Source: Candidatus Norongarragalinales archaeon (lineage in GTDB: Archaea; Micrarchaeota; Micrarchaeia; Norongarragalinales; Norongarragalinaceae). From it: DNA of 64,000 bases. A program made the translations under genes and the position numbers. Under the pieces are notes generated by a model. It did no database searches and was not told the origin of the DNA. It was given only the letters and a program-made list of their open reading frames with translations. Location: the NCBI GenBank assembly GCA_038884755.1, contig JAWABJ010000001.1, positions 224,001-288,000 on the forward strand, in the 5' to 3' direction. Each line of letters opens with the position of its first letter. The stretch's first letter is position 1. This document shows positions 36,839-45,300 of this stretch, piece by piece.

Positions 36839-39800
36839 ATGTACGACGGAAAGGAAAAAGGCGGGGGCAAGACTTTCTTCGAAAGCGTTGAAGAGTCCTA
36901 CTATTCATTTTGCGATTCGTTGCAGGAGAAAGGCATTAAGGTTTACGACTGGTTCGTCGACCCTCTCGAGAAAAACGGCATTCCCTCGCTTCCGGTAATG
37001 CTGCTCATTCTGTTGGCAGTGCTTTTGGGCGCAGGGTGGCTTTTGTTTAATCCCGCGCAGGGCTCGGGCGCGTATTCCTTGAGTGTGAGCATAACCACGG
37101 AAAAAGGTCCGGTCGACGACGCGTTTGTTTCTCTTTTCAAAGGCAGTTCGCTCGTGGCGAAGGAAAAAACGCAGGCCGGGGTGGCTTTGTTCGAAGGGAT
37201 TGAAGGCGGGGAGTACTCGATTGAAGTTGAGAAAGAGGGTTTCGAGAAAACCGCGCAAAACGTTCTCGTGCCCGACCAGGATTACGTTGAAATAACGCTT
37301 AAGCCCGGAGTTCAAACGCGCACGCAGCCGAACGGCAAAACCACGCCCAATTCCGTGAGTTTCAACAACCTCGACTTTCCGTCGGGAAGCGGAAAATTGG
37401 TTTTGCATATATTCGTAAATAGTCCCGGCGGGCAGAGCTTGAACGCTATTGCAACAGTGTACGACAAGCGCTCGATGGCTTCGCTTGGAACCGTGAACGT
37501 GAAAGACGGGTGGGGCACTTTCGACAGTCTTGAGGAAGGAATGCTGGTTTACGCCGACGTGAGCGCAGAAGGCTTTGCGCCTTACTCGGGTTCGGAAAAC
37601 GCCATTACAATTTCCAAAAGCGGAATCAACTCTCTTACCGTAACACTTTCGGCCTTGACCGGCGATTTCGTTGAAACTCTTGTTCGCGTGAGCGACTTGC
37701 AGGACGCGCCTGTTGCAGGAGCTTCAATCCAAGTTTTTCCCGCTGGCTCTGCAACTCCCTTGACTTTGTCCAATTCGCTTACTGATTCCAAGGGAATGCT
37801 CAAGCTTTTTTTGAATTCTAAAAACGAGTCTAGGTACAAGCTTCTTGCGGGCAAAACCGGTTTCGACGACACGGAAAGCGAGTGGTTCAAGGCAGGCGAG
37901 CCTGTCGCAGTGCGCTTGCACAAGCCCGGAGAATATACCGAAGACGAGAAAAGCCGCTCTTCGGCTTTGAACGCGCTTGTCACGCAAGAAGGAACGCCGG
38001 TGAAAGGGGCGGTAGTAACAATCGCGGGCGAAGGGCTTGTAACGCGCACGAGAGCCACAGACGCGCAGGGCAAGGCTTCGTTTTTCCTTTTCAACAAGCG
38101 CGGGTTGAACGTGGTTGCAAGCGCGGTGAAGGGAAACAGGGCTGCTTCCAAAGAGTTGGCTTTGGACGCTGCCGAAGTTTCGGTTGAATTGCCTTTGCAG
38201 AAAGCTTCGGGAATAGTAACGGTTAAAGCGGTGCGGTATTCCAACCAACAGCATTTGGACGCTTTGTTTGAAGCGCGAGAAAACAACGCGCTGCTTTCTT
38301 CTTGCGCTACCAACGGCGCAAGCCAAGAATGCGATTTGCAGGTTCCGCTCGGAACTACGGTTCAGATAACCGCTTCCTCGCAAGGCTTCGTTTCGGAAAC
38401 GCACGAGGTGGTTGTGAACGCGCAGCAAATGTCTTACTCTTTCGCGTTGGTTTCGGAAAACGAAGTCCAATATTCGCAAATCAAGGACTTTCGCGTTACG
38501 CTGGAAGGAAGCAACGAAGCTGTTGAAATCCTTTATCCTGGAAAGCGTTACGAAGCTAAATTCACTTTGTTGGGCAAAACGCAAAGCACCGCAGACTCGT
38601 TCGGGTTTTACTTTTCCGTTGATGCTTCCAAAGCCGCGATAAAGAAAGTCACTCCTCCGTCTGCACCTGCGAAAACCTTGGGTTCCGCAACTGCCGCTTG
38701 CTCTCCAACCCAAATCAACTACAACAACGCTAACGCGGCGTGGGTGGATTTGACTTACCCCGGAAGCAATTCCGTTTCCAGCAAGAGCGTGAGAGTGGTT
38801 TTCGAAGTAAAGCCTTTGCCTGAAGGCGTTTTGGAGGAAAACACGATTGTGAAATACCGCAGTTTTCTCGTGCAAGGCGGGAAATACTACCGCAATCCTT
38901 TGAATGCGAACGACCCGCCTGAAAGGCGTTTTGACGCGAAAACTCCTTTGGCGTCCGGCTGCGATTCGCCGGCAATAAGCCGCACGTTCGTAATTAACGC
39001 CGCGGGCGTGTCGTGCAACAATTTTGCGTGCGTGCAAGTTGCTTTCACTCAACAGGGCGCGCAAAGCGCGAGGGACGGTTTCGTGGCTAAGGGCGGAGAC
39101 AATCCCGCGCCAGTGATAATGGCTTTCGAAATTGCCATGCGCACCGCGCAGTTGCAAGGGGAGTTGGGTTTGTCTTTCAACGCGCCAGGCGGGTTTTTGG
39201 GCTTGCTTTCGCTGAAATACCCTGGAATTCCCGACGAGCAGGGCACTCCGCCCGAATTTCCGACTGTGCTCGAGTTCAACGGCAACGAAGGTTCTTTCTC
39301 CGTTTCGGTCGACCACTTGAAGTCTTACGCGAATTTCGAAGCGGGTTTCGTTTTCGGGGGGCAGGTTGCGTTGAAGCCCTTGGCGAAAACAAACCATTCT
39401 CAACTGTTTCTGCAAATTGCAGACAGCTCTAACGGGACTAGGCATACTGCGACCTATGGCGTCGTCACCAATGAAACCATAGGCGGCGGGGGCGTTTCGA
39501 ACGAAAGACTTTCGCTGCTTCCCGGCTCGCAGGATTCTTGCGGCGGCTCGCCTTTCGTAATTTACGACCCGGGCTTGAGAAACCAGATTTTGCTGAAGCA
39601 AACGCGGGATTTCCAGACGCAGTGCGGGACTGTTGAAATGCGCACCACGCCTTTGTTTCCGGCTGACGCGGTTAAAATCACTGTCGACACCGCCGAAAGG
39701 CTTTTGGTTAACGTGACTGAAGACGACGGTTCGAGCATTTGCTTCGAATCGTGCTCTTTCGGCAGGGACGGTAAGGTCGACGAGTCTTCTTGCATACGCG

Positions 39801-42355
39801 ATTTCTCTGCTTTCACTAGAAACGGGACGAGCGTCTTGCGCTACAACCCCGAGGCTTTCGCGCAATGCCGGGCTTTCCAGGCGATTGCGAACGAAGTGAA
39901 GCCCGCGAGGGTTAAGATTGAATTGGGAAGAATTGGAAGCCAATTGAAAACGCCCATAGTGATAGACGTTTCTGGCATTTCCGCTTTCGAAGCGCCTTCG
40001 CTTTTCATAGGCCCCATCTTCTCGCCGGTTGAAGGTGGGGAGAGTGCGAAACTAGCTTACCCGCAGTTGTGGGCTGTAACGAACTTGAAGCAAATAGGGT
40101 CTAGGAACGTTCAAATGTACCTGGCGCAGCCTTCCGACATCAACCAGCCTATCGAACCGCTTTCTCTCGTCACTTTCGCGGGGCCGGGAACGCAGACGAT
40201 TGCGCTGAACCCAAACCCCAAGAGCTTGGTGCTAGTTGCGAAGGAAAACGACGAGATTATTTTCGTGCAAGGCAACCCGGCCCAAAGCAGGGTAAGCGGG
40301 TTGACCGAGTACGCGCAGGAATTCTCGTTGAAAACGCGGTTTTCTGGTGAAAGCACGCAAGAACTGCAAAACCTGCTTTACTCCAACACCGGCTTCAATC
40401 CTGTTGTAGTAAAAAGGATTTTGGAAAAGGCGCTTGCGAAAGCAAAGCAAACCGCGTTCTGGAGGAGCGACGGTTCGGCGTGGTGCAAAGACACGCCTGT
40501 TTGCGTGAACAACAAGTTCCAGCCTTTCGCCGAATGCTGCCGCGCCACGCGCGAAGACTGGCTGGAGGGAAGCGTTTCTTTCGAGCAGACTACCGAGCCT
40601 TGCGCGTTTGAAGACGGAACTCCCGCTAAATTCTGCAACAACCTAGGTTATCCCCAGGAAAGCGGGAATTGGAATTCCCATCAGTCGAAGTGCGCGGTTC
40701 CCATTGATTTTGCTACTTCCGCGCCTTATTGCACGCAACCCGAAGGCTTTGCGCCGTCGACGCAAGTTTACTGCGACTCGCGCTGCGCGCCGCGGGAAAT
40801 AGTAGTGGGCGTTGACGAGAACGAAGAGCCGATTACCGAATTCACCATGGGCTTGGAAGTCGCTTACGGCGATTCTTACAAGGAATCGTTCCAGTCGCAA
40901 GCCAAATCGTGTTCGGCGGACGCGGCTGCAAAGCAAAATTCCATGAGCAATGTGGACTTTCAGTCTTGCAAGAGCAAAGGATTCTTGTGCCCGATTTTCA
41001 CTAAAATCAAAAACTCGGTTGACACGCCGTTGTGCGTGCCTGCTTCGGTTCCGGATTCCCGCGGCTTGATTTCGATAGATGAGGACGGCGAGGGCCCAAC
41101 GTGGGAGTACGCTTCGCTTGCAGACGGGAGTTGGAAGTGCCCAGCGCAACACGTTTTTGCGGTCGCCGACGCCTGCTTCCAGGAGGCTTGCACTACCTAC
41201 TGCAGCACTTACGGACTTGAAGGCCTTGCGCCCCGATGCGACGAGAGCGGGTACTGCGCGCCCGACGGCACGCGCACCGTTCCAAAAGTGATTTACGACG
41301 AGGAGGAAGTGGGGCCGCTGGTGGAAGTGCCATTTTCTTCACTGGCAGGCAACGAAACCGACTCTCCCTTGTCTTTCTTCCCGTCCGCTTACGACCGCGG
41401 CTTCGCGTACCGCCTGCCTTTGAACACGCTCATCCAGCCTGACGACGTTGAAATCGAAGAGGCTTTCGCCAACGCCGGCCTTCCGCTTCCAGACTCTTGC
41501 ACCGCGCAAGGCAATTTCACTTACCGCGGGTTGTACGACTTGCAGTCTTTGCTTTCGAAAGGCAGCCAAGGGTTTTTCTGGAACCACGCTTTTTCCGTGT
41601 TTTCGATTCCCAACAACGCGTACCACAACGTTCCCTGCGCTTTGGGCTTGGGCGCGGGGCAGACGCAAACGTGCCACTTGCTTTTCATCGACCAGCGCGG
41701 GCGCAACGACGCGTGCATCAAAAGCATAACTCAATTCGATTATTTTGAAGAAGCGCCGCCAATCGCTTTTGAAAAGCCGGGCTTTCCGCTTTCGCAAATG
41801 AGTTTTGCAGGGCGCACCGGCATTTTCAAGGGAACTAGGCAATTTGCAATAACGCCTACCGGATACGTAGTTGCGTTGCGCTACGGCTCGAGCACCCGCC
41901 AAGTGTTCGACTGGTGGAAGCCCGAAGGTTCTTACGCTGGAGCAATAACGTTCACTTGGTCTAAATGCAAATTCTGGTGCCAAGTGTGGAAGTTCGTCAA
42001 GAGCGTGATTAAGGTCGCGATAGTAGTAGGGCTTATTTACCTTGCAATAAACCCCGGCGCCCTGGGGCCGTTCTTTTCCAAATTCGGGATTATCAAGTTT
42101 ATGAAAGCAGGAGGGAATATAGCTGCGCACTACGCTTTCACGTCCGCCGCAGCTGAAACGCTCGTGGTTACCGTGGCTGCCATGGCGTCTTCCAGCCTGG
42201 CCGGGCAAGGCTTGTCCATATACACTCCCGACTTCAGCACCGAAGGGTGCAAGACCGCGGGCGTAGACCAAGGCTGGAACGAGGCGGAAACGCAAGCGCG
42301 TTTGCTCGGGTGCAAGAAAAGCTCTTGGAAAGTCGCGAGCACCACGCCCGCGTAA
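36839..42355 (+). CDS. Giant membrane-anchored surface protein (1838 aa): tandem prealbumin/CarboxypepD_reg-like beta domains, Cys-rich region, hydrophobic C-terminus
   Basis: N-terminal YYSFCD..PLE..GIPSLP plus TM; repeated PVxGAxV/TDxxG/KxGF units; many Cys in C-terminal third. Confidence 0.8.
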   Translation: MYDGKEKGGGKTFFESVEESYYSFCDSLQEKGIKVYDWFVDPLEKNGIPSLPVMLLILLAVLLGAGWLLFNPAQGSGAYSLSVSITTEKGPVDDAFVSLFKGSSLVAKEKTQAGVALFEGIEGGEYSIEVEKEGFEKTAQNVLVPDQDYVEITLKPGVQTRTQPNGKTTPNSVSFNNLDFPSGSGKLVLHIFVNSPGGQSLNAIATVYDKRSMASLGTVNVKDGWGTFDSLEEGMLVYADVSAEGFAPYSGSENAITISKSGINSLTVTLSALTGDFVETLVRVSDLQDAPVAGASIQVFPAGSATPLTLSNSLTDSKGMLKLFLNSKNESRYKLLAGKTGFDDTESEWFKAGEPVAVRLHKPGEYTEDEKSRSSALNALVTQEGTPVKGAVVTIAGEGLVTRTRATDAQGKASFFLFNKRGLNVVASAVKGNRAASKELALDAAEVSVELPLQKASGIVTVKAVRYSNQQHLDALFEARENNALLSSCATNGASQECDLQVPLGTTVQITASSQGFVSETHEVVVNAQQMSYSFALVSENEVQYSQIKDFRVTLEGSNEAVEILYPGKRYEAKFTLLGKTQSTADSFGFYFSVDASKAAIKKVTPPSAPAKTLGSATAACSPTQINYNNANAAWVDLTYPGSNSVSSKSVRVVFEVKPLPEGVLEENTIVKYRSFLVQGGKYYRNPLNANDPPERRFDAKTPLASGCDSPAISRTFVINAAGVSCNNFACVQVAFTQQGAQSARDGFVAKGGDNPAPVIMAFEIAMRTAQLQGELGLSFNAPGGFLGLLSLKYPGIPDEQGTPPEFPTVLEFNGNEGSFSVSVDHLKSYANFEAGFVFGGQVALKPLAKTNHSQLFLQIADSSNGTRHTATYGVVTNETIGGGGVSNERLSLLPGSQDSCGGSPFVIYDPGLRNQILLKQTRDFQTQCGTVEMRTTPLFPADAVKITVDTAERLLVNVTEDDGSSICFESCSFGRDGKVDESSCIRDFSAFTRNGTSVLRYNPEAFAQCRAFQAIANEVKPARVKIELGRIGSQLKTPIVIDVSGISAFEAPSLFIGPIFSPVEGGESAKLAYPQLWAVTNLKQIGSRNVQMYLAQPSDINQPIEPLSLVTFAGPGTQTIALNPNPKSLVLVAKENDEIIFVQGNPAQSRVSGLTEYAQEFSLKTRFSGESTQELQNLLYSNTGFNPVVVKRILEKALAKAKQTAFWRSDGSAWCKDTPVCVNNKFQPFAECCRATREDWLEGSVSFEQTTEPCAFEDGTPAKFCNNLGYPQESGNWNSHQSKCAVPIDFATSAPYCTQPEGFAPSTQVYCDSRCAPREIVVGVDENEEPITEFTMGLEVAYGDSYKESFQSQAKSCSADAAAKQNSMSNVDFQSCKSKGFLCPIFTKIKNSVDTPLCVPASVPDSRGLISIDEDGEGPTWEYASLADGSWKCPAQHVFAVADACFQEACTTYCSTYGLEGLAPRCDESGYCAPDGTRTVPKVIYDEEEVGPLVEVPFSSLAGNETDSPLSFFPSAYDRGFAYRLPLNTLIQPDDVEIEEAFANAGLPLPDSCTAQGNFTYRGLYDLQSLLSKGSQGFFWNHAFSVFSIPNNAYHNVPCALGLGAGQTQTCHLLFIDQRGRNDACIKSITQFDYFEEAPPIAFEKPGFPLSQMSFAGRTGIFKGTRQFAITPTGYVVALRYGSSTRQVFDWWKPEGSYAGAITFTWSKCKFWCQVWKFVKSVIKVAIVVGLIYLAINPGALGPFFSKFGIIKFMKAGGNIAAHYAFTSAAAETLVVTVAAMASSSLAGQGLSIYTPDFSTEGCKTAGVDQGWNEAETQARLLGCKKSSWKVASTTPA
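38855..38924 (+). repeat. 70-bp exact repeat, copy 1 (copy 2 at 44459-44528)
   Basis: taccgcagttttctcgtgcaagg...gacccgcctgaaa identical in both giant genes. Confidence 0.9.
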
Positions 42356-42397
42356 AAAATCTTAACCCTTTTTTAATCTCTTTTTCTAACGATTTGT

Positions 42398-45300
42398 ATG
42401 GAAAACCAGCCGACCGGAGGCGAACAACCGCCTTCCATTCCAGCTAAAAGCAATCAAAAAACTTTGTGGGACAATGTTGAGGGAAAATACTATTCTTTTT
42501 GCGATTGGCTGCAAGACCACGGGCTTCCCATTTACGATTTCTTCGTTTACCCTCTTGAAGACAGGGGCATTCCTTCGCTCCCGGCTTTCGTGATTATCCT
42601 GCTGGCTTTGCTGCTGGGCGCGGGCTGGATTGCGATGGGCGGGCTGTCAGGGCTGGGACAGCAGGCTTACGCCCTTCAAGTGAGCGTTTACAGCGAGCAA
42701 GGTCCCATCGAAGGGGCAATCCTAACGCTGTACAAGGACGGCGGGGTTGTCTCGAAAACAAAGACGAATTCCGACGGGATTTCTTCTTTTGAAGAACTGC
42801 AGGCGGGGGATTACGCGCTGGACGCGGAGAAGGAAGGTTTTGAAACCGCTTCGCTTGCCGTTTCAGTCCCGCGAGAGTCAAGCGTGGACGTTACGCTGGT
42901 TTCAAAACAAAAAATCAGTTTCGAAGGCGGAAAGCAGCCTAACGGAAAGAAAACCGAAGAAGGGCCTTTCAACGAAATTGACTACGGCGACTTGTCCCTC
43001 AAGATTTTTGTTACTGATATAGCGGGCAACCCTCTTGACGCGACTGCGAACGTTTTCGACAAGAACGCGGGAACGAAAATAGGGACTGTTATCGTAAGGA
43101 ACGGCTTCGGCTCGCTCGACGGTTTGGAAGCGGGCATGGTCGTTTACGCGGACGTTTCCGCCCAAGGCCACGTGCCTTACTTGGGCAAGAACAACGCGAC
43201 CACGATTTCTGCGGAATCCCCGAATTCCATAAGCGTAAAGCTCTTCAAAATCACGAACGACACCGAGTCGAAAGCCACGCTCGTGAAAGTGCGTGATTTG
43301 AACGGAACGCCTTTGAACCAGGTTTTGATTAAGGTGTTTCGCAAGGGCAATCCTTTTGCGTTGATCATTCCCAACCAGTACACGAACGCAACCGGCGAGC
43401 TTGCGATAGACTTGAATTCAAGCGGAAATCCCGATTACAAGATTCTCGCTTCCAAAACCCCGTATGTGGATACTGAAACAAGCTGGTTCAAGGCCGGAAC
43501 GAAAGTTGAAATCACTCTCAAGAAGCAAAGCGAAATGAACCAGTCTGACAAAGACAAGGCTTCCAACCTTACCGTGACGGTCACGTTCAATGGGAGCGTG
43601 GTGGCGAATGCTGCGGTCGCCGTATTCCACGACGAGCTTGCGACGCGCGAAGGGTTTACTAACTCCCAAGGCAAAATCAGCTTTTACATCTTGAATTCTC
43701 GCGGGCTTACGGTTACGGTGAACGCTTCCAAAAACAACATGGCCGGCTCGAAGCAAGTCGCTTTGGATTCCGAGCAAGTGCAGGCGAGCGTGGAGCTTGA
43801 ACGGCGGAAGGCAAGCGTGCGCGTGAGGGCGTTTAACTATTCCAACGGGTTGTTGATTGAAAACGCGGCTTTCGAGGCGAAAACTGGAGGCGCAACTGTT
43901 TCTTCCTGCGCCGTTTCCGCACCCAACTTCGACTGCGTGCTGCAAATAGGCATAGGCTTGAACGCGGAAATAAACGCTTCCGCCCCCACGTTCGTTTCCG
44001 AAACGAAATACTTGTCCGTAAACAACGAAACCATGGCGTTGGACTTCAGCCTGCTTCCTGAATACGCGGTGCAGTCTTCCCTCATCAAAGATTTCGTGGT
44101 GACGCCCGAAGGAGGGAATTCCAACGTAACCACGCTATACCCGGGAAAACGGTATGAGGCTAAGTTTACTCTCATAGGAAAAACCAACAGTACGAGCGAC
44201 GAGTTCGGTTTTTATTTCGGCGTTGAAACCGCCCGCGCCGTAATCAAGCGCGTGACGCCGCCTTCAACCCCCACGAAGACCCTCGGTTCTACGACCGCAG
44301 CGTGCAATCCCGTGCAGATAGACTATAATAATGCGAATGCGGCGTGGGTGGATTTGACTTATGCTGGTGCGAATGGCGTGTCGAGCAAGAGCGTGAGAGT
44401 GGTTTTCGAAGTAAAGCCGCTTGGGCAGGGCGTGCAGGAGTCGAACGTTACGCTCCGCTACCGCAGTTTTCTCGTGCAAGGCGGGAAATACTACCGCAAT
44501 CCTTTGAATGCGAACGACCCGCCTGAAACGCGCTTCGAGCCGAAAAGCCCGCTTGCCTCTGGATGCAACTCGCCTACGTTCAATGCGCTTTACGCAATCA
44601 ACGGCGTGGGCGTGAGCTGCAGCGAGTACGCTTGCGTGAGCGTGTTGTTCACGCAAAACGGACAGCAGAGCGCGAAAAACAACTTTACCATGATGAATTT
44701 CGGCGAGGGCTCCACGCCTCCGGTCGTAATGCTTTACGAAATCACGTTCAAGAAAGACGTTCGCAACAATCCCGCGGACATTTCTTTTTCCTTCAACGCA
44801 CCCGGCAGTTTCATAGGCTTGGTTTCGGCGAGTTATCCCGACCAGCCCGACGAGCAGGGCACTCCGCCGCAGCCGCCGAACAAAATAGAGTTTTTGAACG
44901 GCACTCCCCAGTCTTTCTCTGCCGATTTAAGCCACTTGAAGCGTTACTCGAACATGGACGAGGGCTTCAAGTTCAACGGCGATTTCGTCATAAAGCCCTT
45001 GTCTTCCTCGAACGTTAGCGGGGAGGGCATAACTCTGCAACTCGCGCAAGGAGTTGATGCAGTCCGGCACAACGCCCTTTACAACATTCAAGCCAACGGT
45101 TCTCAAGGCGGGTGCACCCAGAATTGTAATGAGCAGGTGGAAAACAGCGCGAAGCTGCAAATGCTTTTGCGCCAGCGCAGGGACAGCGGCAGTTACATCA
45201 CCAACCCGCTTTCGCTTTACGCAATCGGCTTGTGCTCTTACGAAAGCATACTGCATTCGTTCCTGCAAGTGGGTTTGCCAAAGTGCGCCGGTTCGTTCGT

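Noticed and set aside
37724..39943. 739-aa antisense ORF and other long antisense ORFs
   Set aside because: Shadow frames of real genes, with no recognisable motifs.
38855..44528. Diversity-generating retroelement TR/VR pair
   Set aside because: The repeats are exact, with no adenine-specific mismatches. They lie mid-gene in paralogs, and no reverse transcriptase is present in the window.
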